Source: Myxococcota bacterium (lineage in GTDB: Bacteria; Myxococcota_A; Polyangia; Nannocystales; Nannocystaceae). From it: a DNA stretch of 64,000 bases. The position numbers were made by a program, and so were the translations under genes. Under the pieces are notes generated by a model, which was not told the origin of the DNA, ran no database searches, and saw nothing but the letters and a program-made list of their open reading frames with translations. Location of the stretch: assembly GCA_039028615.1 (NCBI GenBank), contig JBCCHT010000023.1:64001-128000 (forward strand), in the 5' to 3' direction. Below, in pieces: positions 1-9,506 of the stretch; within the stretch, counting starts at the first letter, position 1; each line of letters begins with the position of its first letter.

Positions 1-9
1 CGCTGCTGC

Positions 10-636
10 TCACGACGCTTCGTCCTCGTCCGATCGATCGCGCAGCGACCCGGCCCAGCGCTCGAGGTTGCCGACCGTGCTCTCGCGCAGGGCCGGATCA
101 TCGGTGAGCTGCTCGACCGTGGCCTGCAGCTTCTCGCGCGCCCGCCGAAGCCGGCTCTTGACCGTGCCCCGCGGGATCCCCATCACCTCCGCGATGGCCC
201 CCGTGCCCAGGTCTTCCCAGTAGTGCAGCTCGATGACCAGCTGCAGATCGAGGGGCAGTCGTCGGAGCGCTTGGAGCAACAAGCGTTGCTCGGCCGCCTG
301 GGCCACCGCCCGCGACGGGGTCACATCGTTGGCCGGCGTGCCCTCGGAGACCGCGTCCTTTCGGCCTCGCATCGACTTCTTGCTCTGGCGCAGCCACGTC
401 ACCAGCACGCGCCGCGCGATGCCCAGCAGGTAGACCCGGAACTCCAGATCGCCGGGCACCCGGTCCCGCGATTCGACCGCGCCCAGCATCGTCTTTTGCA
501 CGAGGTCGGCGATTCGATCGGACGGCACCTTGTCGCGAAAGAAGCGCGAGAGCATCGGTAGATGGCGGCGAAGCAGCAAGCTACCCGCGTCTCGCTCCCC
601 GTCGCGCCATCTCCGCAGCAGCTCGATGTCCGCCAC
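10..636 (-). CDS. ECF-type RNA polymerase sigma-70 factor (paralog 1 of 4 of the kinase-associated family)
   Basis: Sigma2 segment DLVQKTML..FRVYLLGIAR and sigma4 segment LELHYWEDL..IAEVMGIPRGTVKSRLRRAR; GTG start. Confidence 0.9.
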   Translation of the reverse strand: MADIELLRRWRDGERDAGSLLLRRHLPMLSRFFRDKVPSDRIADLVQKTMLGAVESRDRVPGDLEFRVYLLGIARRVLVTWLRQSKKSMRGRKDAVSEGTPANDVTPSRAVAQAAEQRLLLQALRRLPLDLQLVIELHYWEDLGTGAIAEVMGIPRGTVKSRLRRAREKLQATVEQLTDDPALRESTVGNLERWAGSLRDRSDEDEAS

Positions 637-780
637 TTCCCACAGGATTCCACGTTCCTACGTTTTTTTCACGGAACGGTGATCCATTCCGACGCTTTTA
701 CGAACCCCCCAACAGAGCCCGACCCCGAAGCGAGCCCTCCCCGCATTTCCGCAGCCAGCTGCGCCTCCCGGATCCCCTTC

Positions 781-1920
781 ATGATGCGTCCGTTCACCGC
801 CCGCTGCCTGGGCTGCCTCGCCCTGCTCGCGCTCGCCAACTGCGGCACCACGGACCGCGACGACAACCCCTTCGATAGCTCTGCGCTGGAGACCGCGACC
901 ACCAACGGCGCCAGCGAGGACTCGACCATGGGCGGCAGCGGGGAGGGCCAAGCCGACGGCAGCGGCTCCAACTCGGCCGACGGCACCGACGACGGCGATG
1001 ATGATGATGACGGCACTCCCAAGCTCGACATCATGGGCGGGGCCGACGATGGCATCGGCGAGCAGGAGGGCTGCCGGGGCATCGATTTCCTGTTCGTGAT
1101 CGACAACTCGGGCTCGATGGAGGACGAGCAGGCCAACTTGCTCGCGAGCTTCCCCGGCTTCGTGCAGGCCATGCAGGGTGCGTTGGCCGAATCGGCCCAG
1201 AGCTTCCGCGTGATGGTGGTCGACACCGACGGCATCGGTACCGGCTGCGCCCCCATCTGCGACATGTTCGGCCCCATGGGCTACTGCAGCGGCATCTCCT
1301 GCGCCGGTGAGCAGTGTGACGTCAACGTGGGCGGAGGCAACACGGTCAACCGCTCCAACGGGAGTGACTGTGGTCTACCCGGGGGCAGACGCTACGCCGA
1401 CACGGCGGACACCGACATCACCAGCGCCTTCAACTGCATGGCCCGAGTCGGCACGACCGGCAGCGGCGTCGAGCTCGTCGCCGACAGCCTCCAGACCGCC
1501 CTGTCCCCCGACTACCTCGGTGCGGGTGGCTGCAACGCCGAGTTCATTCGCGACGACGCCGTCCTGGTGGTCACCATCATCACCGACGAAGACGACGCGG
1601 GCAACGACCCCTACATGACCAGCCCGGGCGAACCCGCCGGTTGGTACAACGACTTGGCCGCGGTCAAGAACTACGACCCCGATGCCGTCGTCGTGCTCGG
1701 CCTGCTCGGCGACACCAACGAGCCCGGCGGCATCTGTACGCCCTACGAAGACGGCACGGGCGACGGGGCCGAGAACGCCACGCGACTGCGGGAGTTCGTA
1801 CAGCTATTCGGAGACAAAGGCCTGCTCGGCAGCGTCTGCGCGCCCAACTACACCTCGTTCTTCGACGAGGCCGTGGGGCTCATCGACACGACCTGCCAGG
1901 ACTTCGAGCCGGAGGGGTAA
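781..1920 (+). CDS. VWA/MIDAS-like lipoprotein with acidic Gly/Asp/Ser linker
   Basis: Lipobox-like LANC; DFLFVIDNSGSM (DxSxS); VVTIITDEDD; ATG 781 chosen within ORF 562..1920; paralog at 36378. Confidence 0.75.
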   Translation: MMRPFTARCLGCLALLALANCGTTDRDDNPFDSSALETATTNGASEDSTMGGSGEGQADGSGSNSADGTDDGDDDDDGTPKLDIMGGADDGIGEQEGCRGIDFLFVIDNSGSMEDEQANLLASFPGFVQAMQGALAESAQSFRVMVVDTDGIGTGCAPICDMFGPMGYCSGISCAGEQCDVNVGGGNTVNRSNGSDCGLPGGRRYADTADTDITSAFNCMARVGTTGSGVELVADSLQTALSPDYLGAGGCNAEFIRDDAVLVVTIITDEDDAGNDPYMTSPGEPAGWYNDLAAVKNYDPDAVVVLGLLGDTNEPGGICTPYEDGTGDGAENATRLREFVQLFGDKGLLGSVCAPNYTSFFDEAVGLIDTTCQDFEPEG

Positions 1921-1973
1921 GAGAAACAAAAGAAGCAATCGTATGGCCTCGTAGGAGGCAGCCACGTCCAGTC

Positions 1974-2018
1974 GGCCACTCGCGGGAAAAACCCTCCGCG
2001 AGTGGCCATCCTTTTTTT
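1974..2018 (+). terminator. Intrinsic terminator
   Basis: 12-bp stem GGCCACTCGCGG/CCGCGAGTGGCC followed by ATCC and a T7 run, downstream of 781..1920. Confidence 0.8.
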
Positions 2019-2033
2019 GCAAACGGTGCGCAG

Positions 2034-2684
2034 CTACGCGCGGGTCGGTCGGACGAACGCGTCGCGTTGCTGCTCGATCGTCGCCCGGAACTCGCAGCCC
2101 TCGAGGTGGTCGTTGACCAGCCCCATCGCCTGCATGAAGGCGTAGACGGTGGTCGGCCCCACGAAGCTCCAGCCCCGGGCGCGCAGGTCCTTGCTGAGCG
2201 CGGTCGACTCGGGGGTGGAGGTCAGCTTCCGCAACGCCGCGTGCGTGAAGCGCTTGGGGCGAGAGGCGGGGCTCGGCTCGAAGCTCCAGAAATAGGCGGC
2301 GAGCGAGCCCCACTCGTCGACCAACTCACGGGCCCGCTTGGCGTTGTTGATGGTGGACTCGATCTTGCCGCGGTGCCGCACGATCCCCGCGTCCTTCAGC
2401 AAGCGCTCGACGCTGCGGCGGTTGAAGCGGGCGACCTTGTCGAAATCGAAGCCGGCGAACGCCTTCCGAAAATTCTCGCGCTTGCGCAAGATCGTCAGCC
2501 AGCTGAGCCCCGACTGAAATCCCTCGAGGCAGATCTTCTCGAACAGGCGGTGGTCGTCGCCCACCGGCACGCCCCACTCCTCGTCGTGATAGATGCAGTA
2601 GTCCTCGCGGTCGCCGGGCCACCAGCACCGTACGACCCCGTCTTCGCCTCGCATGAGGCCCTTGGCCAGGCGTTTGCTCGCCAC
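2034..2684 (-). CDS. tag: DNA-3-methyladenine glycosylase I
   Basis: RCWW..YHDEEWG, LFEKICLEGFQSGLSWLTILRKRENFR, FVGPTTVYAFMQAMGLVNDHLEGC. Confidence 0.95.
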   Translation of the reverse strand: MASKRLAKGLMRGEDGVVRCWWPGDREDYCIYHDEEWGVPVGDDHRLFEKICLEGFQSGLSWLTILRKRENFRKAFAGFDFDKVARFNRRSVERLLKDAGIVRHRGKIESTINNAKRARELVDEWGSLAAYFWSFEPSPASRPKRFTHAALRKLTSTPESTALSKDLRARGWSFVGPTTVYAFMQAMGLVNDHLEGCEFRATIEQQRDAFVRPTRA

Positions 2685-2756
2685 CGATCGACCGTACCGT
2701 AGCGCCGCCGCGTGTCACAACCGGCGCGCGATGCTACGGGCACCGCAGCTCGTCGC

Positions 2757-3521
2757 TCACTCCGGGGTGCCCGACTCCGAGCCGGACCCGGAGTCCGAGC
2801 CCGACTCCGAGCCTGAGTCGGAGCCTGAGTCCGCCCCCGAGTCCGAAGAGCCCTCGGTCGCGTTGCCCGTCGAGTCACCTTCGCTGCCGCCGGTCCCTCC
2901 CGTGCTCGCTTCGGTGGCCGACTCGGTCTCGGCGTCCGTGTCGGTGGCTTCGCCCGCGTCACCGGTCGACGTCGGCATGTAGTCACACGAGTCGGGATCG
3001 TTGGGAGACCCGCCGACGTTGCACCCCGGGCTCTTGTTGTGGACGAGCACGCCGTTGGCGACGAAGTTGTGGAGCTCGGACTCCACCGTGATGTCGAATA
3101 CCCGATGCACGCCAGCGTCGGTCCGCACCGCTTGGACGCGCACGACCTCGGTGCCCTGCTCGTTCACCCGCAGCATCGTCTCGGCCTTGCCCTCCAAGAA
3201 GCTCACCGCCGGGAGGTAGGTGCCCGTCTCCGCCACGTACACGGGGTGATCGGGCGTGCACACCAACGACGTGGAGCCGAGCTGCAGCGTCAGGCACTCC
3301 CGCGTCGCCGTGCGTATCGCCGTCACCCGCGTGGCATGACGCTCTCCGCTGCCCGGATCCACCGCCCACACGAGATCGCCGACCGCCAGCGTCTCGATCG
3401 CGCGCAGCCCCGAGGGCGTGGCCACCCGCGCTCCCTCGGCCACACACGAGGTTTCTTCAATAATGCAGCCCGAGGTCAGCGCCAGCGCCCCGAGCCCCGC
3501 GATCGTCCATCGAATGTTCAT
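2757..3521 (-). CDS. Lipoprotein with Hint (bacterial intein-like) domain and Ser/Gly/Asp-rich tail
   Basis: Signal plus lipobox TSGC; Hint blocks CVAEG, CTPDHP, VFDITV..HNFVANG, VHN; ATG at 3521. Confidence 0.85.
   Translation of the reverse strand: MNIRWTIAGLGALALTSGCIIEETSCVAEGARVATPSGLRAIETLAVGDLVWAVDPGSGERHATRVTAIRTATRECLTLQLGSTSLVCTPDHPVYVAETGTYLPAVSFLEGKAETMLRVNEQGTEVVRVQAVRTDAGVHRVFDITVESELHNFVANGVLVHNKSPGCNVGGSPNDPDSCDYMPTSTGDAGEATDTDAETESATEASTGGTGGSEGDSTGNATEGSSDSGADSGSDSGSESGSDSGSGSESGTPE
2761..2850. repeat. Imperfect 12-bp coding tandem repeat (SGSD/SGSE)
   Basis: Repeated GAGCCnGA(G/C)TCn units encoding DSGSDSGSESGSDSGSGSESG. Confidence 0.7.
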
Positions 3522-3629
3522 GACCAAGTCCTGAGCGAGCAACGAGCCCACCACCGGACTCACGACGATAGTGCCCCCACGGCGCGTCACGATCACGCGG
3601 ATTCGTCGTTTTTTGCCCCCGCGGCGGAA

Positions 3630-4436
3630 CTACTCGGTCAAGTACTGGCCCTTGATGCGCTCCGATAGCTTGTCGACCTCGGGGAACACCGAGAACTTGT
3701 TGATCCCGAAGGTCCGGAGCTGATTTCGTACGTGTTCGGGCTCGGTGACCTCGATGCATGCGAGGTGCGCCAGTTCCTTTGGGGCCTGAGCGAAAATCTC
3801 CTCGATCGGAGTCGAGTCGATGCCGTGCACCGTGAACACACCTTGTTGAGCCACGATTCGCGGCGTCGTGCGCTGCGGGTAGATGGCGATGGGCTTGCTG
3901 TTGTCGTACTTCTTGTCCTCGTGCTGAAACTTCGTGGTCTGCTCACGCTCCTTGACGACCGAAGGCAACCAGTTGGCAGCGAAGCTGAGTCCGGCCGCGA
4001 AGATGGCATCGATCCCGCAGGTCATCCGATTGAGAGTGCCTGCATCCATGATCCACACGCAGGGTGCATCGGCCGCGGGAGGGTCACAGACCGCGAAGTA
4101 TAGGGCTACCAGCGGGGAGAGGCTCCAGTCGGTCAGTCGGGTCGGCAAGCCATAGTGCTGCGCAGCGAAATACCACCCCCATTCGTCCCTCGGCAGCCGG
4201 CCCAAGTAGAGCTCGGCTTCGGCCCTGAACACGTGGAACATCGAGACCTCGTCGCACTTTCTCCACACCGCTCCTGGCAAGATCGAATACTTCTTGCTGA
4301 TGCTGCCGCGGTACCACAACTCCATTTCCGCCACGCCGTTCTCCTCCAGATCGGCCCCCCACTTCCCGCTGACCGACTCGACCGCGCTGACGAAACCCTG
4401 GAGATTCTTCACCGTGCGCTTCAACAACTTGGGCAT
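3630..4436 (-). CDS. FRG domain-containing protein
   Basis: WYRG, AQHYGLPTRLTDWSLSPLVALYFAV, RIVAQQGVF motifs. Confidence 0.9.
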   Translation of the reverse strand: MPKLLKRTVKNLQGFVSAVESVSGKWGADLEENGVAEMELWYRGSISKKYSILPGAVWRKCDEVSMFHVFRAEAELYLGRLPRDEWGWYFAAQHYGLPTRLTDWSLSPLVALYFAVCDPPAADAPCVWIMDAGTLNRMTCGIDAIFAAGLSFAANWLPSVVKEREQTTKFQHEDKKYDNSKPIAIYPQRTTPRIVAQQGVFTVHGIDSTPIEEIFAQAPKELAHLACIEVTEPEHVRNQLRTFGINKFSVFPEVDKLSERIKGQYLTE

Positions 4437-4774
4437 ACCGAAATCGATTTTACATGACCGACATCGGCTCGACTCGACCCCATCACAGCTCTCGTCGAGG
4501 TATTGCCACCGCAGCGACGCATCAGGATGCCGCAGGCCCGACGACTCTCACGACTGACAAACGACCTTCGGCATGCGAGCCCACCGACGCGGAACGCCTG
4601 GTGCCGCGAGCGGTCCACCCGACAACGCGCGGGCTCCCCAAAGACCCCCGCGCGACCGTCACCACCCTGATGGTGCCTTTCGAGCGAGTAGCGAACTCGA
4701 CAGCCGTGGCGCAGATCGCCGCCGAGCGCTCCGCTGCGATTCTGCTAGAGTCCGTCGCGTCTTCGGGGGCAACG

Positions 4775-4793
4775 CTAGCGCATCATGCGCTAG
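4775..4793. promoter_or_regulatory. Perfect 9-1-9 palindrome upstream of purK (possible operator)
   Basis: CTAGCGCAT-C-ATGCGCTAG, 40 nt before the purK ATG. Confidence 0.4.
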
Positions 4794-4833
4794 GAGGGCG
4801 CGGCGTCCCGGTGTCCCCACACCCAGAGGACTC

Positions 4834-6021
4834 ATGGGCGACGCACAAAGCTCCACTTCCGGCACCGTCGACGCGGACGATGCACCCTGCCCCTTCCCCA
4901 CCGTCGGCATCCTCGGTGGCGGTCAGCTCGGTCGGATGATGGCCGCGGCCGCGATGCCCCTCGGGGTCGATGTTCGCTTCTACCAAGACGTCGACGCGGG
5001 ACCGGCCTCGCCCGCGGCTCATGTGACCACGGCGGCGTGGACCGATGCCGACGCGCTGAAGTCGTTTCTCGATGGCTGCTCGGTGGTCACGCTCGACAAC
5101 GAATGGGTCGATCTCGAGGCGCTGTCCAAGCTGCTGCCCGCGGGGGTGAAGCTGTGGCCCTCGCCCGACACGATGGCGCTCATCAGCGACAAGGGCCGGC
5201 AAAAGGACCACGCGCGTGCGCAGGGGCTGCCGCTGGGCGAGTACCGGGTCTGCGACAGCCTCGAAGGAGCGCTGGAGGCCGCGAAGACCCTGGGCTACCC
5301 CATGGTCGCCAAGCGACCGCACCACAGCTACGACGGCTACGGCAACGCGACGGTGCGCGATGAAGCCGAGCTTCGGACGGCGTACGAGAAGCTGGTCGGC
5401 GACGACGGGCGACTGTTGCTCGAGGCGTTCGTGGACTTCGTGCGCGAGCTGGCGGTGATGGTCGCGCGACGACCGGGCGGCGAGGACGTGGCCTATCCCG
5501 TCGCGCACACGGTGCAACGCGACCATCGCTGCGATGCGGTCGAGGTGCCGGCTCCGGTCTCCGACACGGTGACCTCGGCCGCGGCCGAGCTGGCCCGCAA
5601 GGTCGCCGCCGTCTACGGCTGCGTAGGCGTGGTGGGCGTGGAGCTGTTCGAGCTGGCCGACGGCACGCTGCTGGTCAACGAACTCGCTCCGCGACCGCAC
5701 AACTCCGGGCACTACACCATCGATGCCTGCGTGACCTCGCAGTTCGAAAACCACCTGCGAGCGGTGCTCGACCTCCCCCTCGGCAGCCCCGCGCTCAAGC
5801 GACCCGCCGCGGTGATGATCAACGTGCTCGGGCACCGCAAGGGCAGCACGTCCGCCGCGAGCCTGGGCCAGGCCCTCGCCGTGTCCGAGGCGTCGATTCA
5901 CCTGTACGGCAAGCAAAACGTACGACCCGGCCGAAAGATGGGGCACGTGACCGCCCTGGCCGATACCCTCGAAGCCGCCGAAGCGCTCGCCCGCGAAGCG
6001 GCCGACCACCTCCGCCTCTGA
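4834..6021 (+). CDS. purK: N5-carboxyaminoimidazole ribonucleotide synthase
   Basis: [45 protein letters not shown]; adjacent purE; ATG 4834 preceded by GAGGA. Confidence 0.95.
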   Translation: MGDAQSSTSGTVDADDAPCPFPTVGILGGGQLGRMMAAAAMPLGVDVRFYQDVDAGPASPAAHVTTAAWTDADALKSFLDGCSVVTLDNEWVDLEALSKLLPAGVKLWPSPDTMALISDKGRQKDHARAQGLPLGEYRVCDSLEGALEAAKTLGYPMVAKRPHHSYDGYGNATVRDEAELRTAYEKLVGDDGRLLLEAFVDFVRELAVMVARRPGGEDVAYPVAHTVQRDHRCDAVEVPAPVSDTVTSAAAELARKVAAVYGCVGVVGVELFELADGTLLVNELAPRPHNSGHYTIDACVTSQFENHLRAVLDLPLGSPALKRPAAVMINVLGHRKGSTSAASLGQALAVSEASIHLYGKQNVRPGRKMGHVTALADTLEAAEALAREAADHLRL

Positions 6022-6043
6022 GCGAACCACGGAGACCGAAGCG

Positions 6044-6562
6044 ATGACCAAGCCTCAGCCCCTGGTCGGCATCTGCATGGGCAGCAAGTCCGACCTCCCC
6101 GTCATGACCGCCGCCGCGGACATCCTCCGCAGCTTCGAGATCCCCCACGAGGTCCGCATCATCTCGGCTCATCGCACGCCGATCGCAATGGTCGAGTACG
6201 GCCAGACCGCGGTCGAGCGCGGGCTCGAGGTGATCATCGCGGGGGCCGGCGGTGCCGCCCACCTGCCGGGCATGCTCGCGTCCCTCACCCCGCTGCCCGT
6301 CATTGGCGTGCCGGTACCCCTCGCGCGCCTCGACGGAATGGACTCGCTGATGTCGATCGTGCAGATGCCCAAGGGCACGCCCGTGGCCACGGTCGCGATC
6401 GGTCAGGCCGCCAATGCGGGCCACCTCGCGGCGCGCATCCTCGGCGTCGGGCGGGCCTCGATCCGCGCGGCCATCGAGGGCTATCAGAAGCAGCAGGTGG
6501 TGACCGTGGGTGGTCACGACGACGAAGTGGCCGCGTCGTTCCGCGACGGCACGAACGAGTAG
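6044..6562 (+). CDS. purE: N5-CAIR mutase
   Basis: [42 protein letters not shown]. Confidence 0.97.
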   Translation: MTKPQPLVGICMGSKSDLPVMTAAADILRSFEIPHEVRIISAHRTPIAMVEYGQTAVERGLEVIIAGAGGAAHLPGMLASLTPLPVIGVPVPLARLDGMDSLMSIVQMPKGTPVATVAIGQAANAGHLAARILGVGRASIRAAIEGYQKQQVVTVGGHDDEVAASFRDGTNE

Positions 6563-6568
6563 TCGGGT

Positions 6569-7708
6569 TCAGGCCCGAAGCCTCGCGGCGACCACGATCA
6601 CCCACAAGCCCGCGAACCATCCCCACGAGTCGGACTGGGCTCGTGGGGCGATCGAACACCCCTCGGTCGATGGATCGGCGGCTGGGGGCTCGGGCGCTTC
6701 ACATGCGCTCGGGGTCCGGGCGACGCACTGCGCTCCGGTCACCACGCCGTCTTCGCACCACCAGACGTTGCCGTTGCAGTCGCAGCAGCCCTGAGCGTCG
6801 AGCGATCCGCAGGGCCCCCCGGGATCGAGCTCGGCCGGGCACGAAGGTGCAGAGAGCTCCCCTCCCCGGGCGCCGCCACAGGTCGCTCCCACGCCGTCGG
6901 TCCACCCGCACAGACCCCCCGAGACCCCTTCGCCGCGGCCACACACCAGGGGCTCGCGGTCGGCCCAGTCACAGGCAGGGGCACCCACTGCCGGATCGAC
7001 CCCCGCCGCCTCCCCCGGTAGCACCACCTCGGCATGCGACTGCACCCAGTCGATGTGCATCGAGGCGTCCGTGTACGCGGTCTGCCCTCGACACTCGGCA
7101 TCACCATGGGACGCGGCCCCGAACACGCGCCAAGAACCATCGCCGAGCCGAATGAAGGCCGGGCCCCCCGAGTCCCCGAAGCACGCGTCCACCCCTTCAC
7201 GGCCGAGGTCCACCTCGCCGTCTTCGATCGCCTGGATCTCGGTCGTCGCCTCGAGCTTGGACCCACAGGGCGCCCCCCGATCGTTGACCCCGTAGCCCAC
7301 GATCGTCACCTCGTGGCCGGGCGCGAGCACCCATGCCTCGTCGGGTCGCAAGATCGGTACGACGGGCACGTCGTCGACCGCTTCGGCCAGTCGACAATAG
7401 GCAAAGTCGCCCCCCGGCTCGCCCCAACGCGGCGAGCGATGACACTCGTCGATGTCGACGGATCCGCCCGTGCCCCGGCTGCCCAGATACACCCGCTCCC
7501 ATGCAGTGCCGCAGTGCGCCGCGTAGATGACGATCTCGGGGTGCACCAGCGTGCCCGTGCAGCCCCCGAGGCCCAGCGAGACCGCCGAAGGCCACGCGCA
7601 CGGCTCCGAGACCACCCCGCCGTAGATCCCCGACGGGTCCGCGGCCGTAGCGAGGGCACTCGCAGCATCGACCGCGATCACAGTGGCCAAGACAAAGGAG
7701 GTCAGCAT
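6569..7708 (-). CDS. Secreted trypsin-like (S1) serine protease with Cys-rich region and MYXO-CTERM-like tail
   Basis: IYGG N-terminus, YAAHC, GDSGGP; C-terminal GCS..hydrophobic helix..RLR. Confidence 0.85.
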   Translation of the reverse strand: MLTSFVLATVIAVDAASALATAADPSGIYGGVVSEPCAWPSAVSLGLGGCTGTLVHPEIVIYAAHCGTAWERVYLGSRGTGGSVDIDECHRSPRWGEPGGDFAYCRLAEAVDDVPVVPILRPDEAWVLAPGHEVTIVGYGVNDRGAPCGSKLEATTEIQAIEDGEVDLGREGVDACFGDSGGPAFIRLGDGSWRVFGAASHGDAECRGQTAYTDASMHIDWVQSHAEVVLPGEAAGVDPAVGAPACDWADREPLVCGRGEGVSGGLCGWTDGVGATCGGARGGELSAPSCPAELDPGGPCGSLDAQGCCDCNGNVWWCEDGVVTGAQCVARTPSACEAPEPPAADPSTEGCSIAPRAQSDSWGWFAGLWVIVVAARLRA

Positions 7709-7729
7709 GGGTGAGACCGATCGGCAGGC

Positions 7730-7775
7730 AAAAGGGGGGGCCGGGCCTCGACTCTCTTTTCGAGACCCGGCCCCC
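7730..7775 (-). terminator. Intrinsic terminator of 7783..8472
   Basis: Minus strand GGGGGCCGGGTCTCGA/TCGAGGCCCGGCCCCC hairpin followed by a short T run. Confidence 0.7.
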
Positions 7776-7782
7776 GTCGCGA

Positions 7783-8472
7783 CTAGAACTGAGCCGGCAG
7801 CACGCCGAGCCAGACCCAGCTGGCGAAGCGATGGCAACCGAATCCGGTGTTGCCGATCTGCGTCACACCGAAGCCGTCATCGTCGGTGTTGGTCCAGCAG
7901 GCCTGCGTGCTCGGCCAGGTGATGGGCTGAGGGAAGCCCTGCGGCTGCGTCTGCACGGTGTAGTCGGTCCAGGTCTGGAACTGGAACTCGTTGTAGTCCG
8001 CGACCGCGGCCACGTTGCCCGAGATCTGCATGGAGCCCCAGTACCAGTTGCCGTAGTAGAACCAGGCGTTGGTGCTGGTGGTGTTCTCGAAGCAGATCCG
8101 GTTCCCCGTGAAGTTGACGCCCGAGTACATCACCAGGGGCGAGACCGAGATCGAGCCACAGGAAACCTGCCCCCAGACCTTGGGCTCGGCGCCTTCCTCA
8201 TAGAGGCGCTGCATCTCGGCCGCATCGGCGAGCATTTCTTCTTCGGTGAGCTCCACCGCCCGCACCAAGTGCGGCACGCCGTCGTCGTCGACCTCGACGG
8301 TGGAGATCCAGTAGCTGTCCTCATCGGCGCCCTCGGGCAGCACGTTGAAGGCCTCGAGTTCGGGCGCCTGTCCCGGCACCATGGCTTCGCGCTCGACCTC
8401 ACCCTCGATTCCCTCGGGGTCGCAGGCAGTGGTGAGCATCACAGCGCAAAGAGCAAAGAGTGTCTTGTTCAT
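7783..8472 (-). CDS. Lipoprotein, possible beta/gamma-crystallin-like domain
   Basis: MNKTLFALCAVMLTTAC signal and lipobox; LVMYSGVNFTGNRICF resembles a Greek-key motif. Confidence 0.65.
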   Translation of the reverse strand: MNKTLFALCAVMLTTACDPEGIEGEVEREAMVPGQAPELEAFNVLPEGADEDSYWISTVEVDDDGVPHLVRAVELTEEEMLADAAEMQRLYEEGAEPKVWGQVSCGSISVSPLVMYSGVNFTGNRICFENTTSTNAWFYYGNWYWGSMQISGNVAAVADYNEFQFQTWTDYTVQTQPQGFPQPITWPSTQACWTNTDDDGFGVTQIGNTGFGCHRFASWVWLGVLPAQF

Positions 8473-8882
8473 GATCGTTTCTCTCTATCGACGCGGTCGC
8501 CATCACGGCGCCGCTCGAGAGGACCCGTGCGGCAAAACCCGGTGAACAATTTGTTCCGCGAGAGAAAAAAACGACGGGCCGACTCACGGTCAAAAAATGG
8601 CCATGACGAAACATGATCGACCTTCACGTGTACGAGGAAATCGTTGCGTTGATTGCAACGGCGGACAGGCCGATTGTTCGCGGAAGAACTCGTTCCGGGG
8701 TCACCAACTGTGACCAAAATACTCCACCGCAGAGCGGCCTTCGCCGATATGCATGGGGTCGAATGAAGGAGAAATCTGCGCAAGACGCCCTCGGCAAATT
8801 CGTCGGCCTTCACTCCCCTGCCTTTGCTCACCAACCGAAGCGCCACGGCTGCGGCCACGAGCGCTCGTGCTAGCTTGCCGAG

Positions 8883-9500
8883 GTGGAACGCGAATGTGAA
8901 CTCGTCGACGCCTGGCGGTCGGGCGACGAGCAAGCCGGGGAAGCGCTGGTGGAAGCGTACTTTCCCGCGCTTCATCGCTTCGTTCGCAACAAGATCGACC
9001 ACGGGGTCGAAGACCTCATCCAGTCCACGTTCCTCGCGTGCCTCGAGGGTCGCGATCGCTTCGAAGGGCGCTCGAGCTTCCGCGCCTACCTGTTTGGAAT
9101 CGCGCGTCACCTGCTCTATGAGCGATATCGCAAGAAGGCCACGCACGGGGCTGATTTCGTGGCCGAGCGCAGCTCGGTGGCCGACCTCGAGACCGGGGTG
9201 AGCACGCTGGTCCGCCGCCGCTCCGACGAAGAGCAGCTGTACCGGGCGCTGCGCTGCATCCCGGTGGAGCAGCAGCTCATCCTCGAGCTGTACTTCTGGG
9301 AGTCGATGACCGCGCGCGAGATCGGTGAGGTCCTCGATCAACCCGAGGGCTCCATCCGCACCAAGATCCGACGCGCCCGCCTCCAGCTGCGCGAGCGACT
9401 CGAGGCCGAGGGCAGCGAGACCTTCGACTCGATCCCCGTCGGCGGTGGCATCGAAGCCTGGGCCAACTCGATCCGCGAGCGCTGGAAGCCGCCCGCGTAG
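8883..9500 (+). CDS. ECF sigma factor (paralog 2), directly upstream of a Ser/Thr kinase
   Basis: EDLIQSTFL..FRAYLFGIAR; LELYFWE..PEGSIRTKIRRAR. Confidence 0.9.
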   Translation: MERECELVDAWRSGDEQAGEALVEAYFPALHRFVRNKIDHGVEDLIQSTFLACLEGRDRFEGRSSFRAYLFGIARHLLYERYRKKATHGADFVAERSSVADLETGVSTLVRRRSDEEQLYRALRCIPVEQQLILELYFWESMTAREIGEVLDQPEGSIRTKIRRARLQLRERLEAEGSETFDSIPVGGGIEAWANSIRERWKPPA

Positions 9501-9506
9501 CCGACC

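Noticed and set aside
3036..3446. Mobile intein with homing endonuclease
   Set aside because: Only 137 aa, no LAGLIDADG motif, not inserted in a conserved host protein, and the +1 residue is Lys.
4545..4610. Possible ZTP (pfl) riboswitch upstream of purK (ACGACTGAC ... CGCCTGG)
   Set aside because: The GUGG/CCAC stem and the complementary pseudoknot pairing are absent; only short words match. An Infernal search would settle it.
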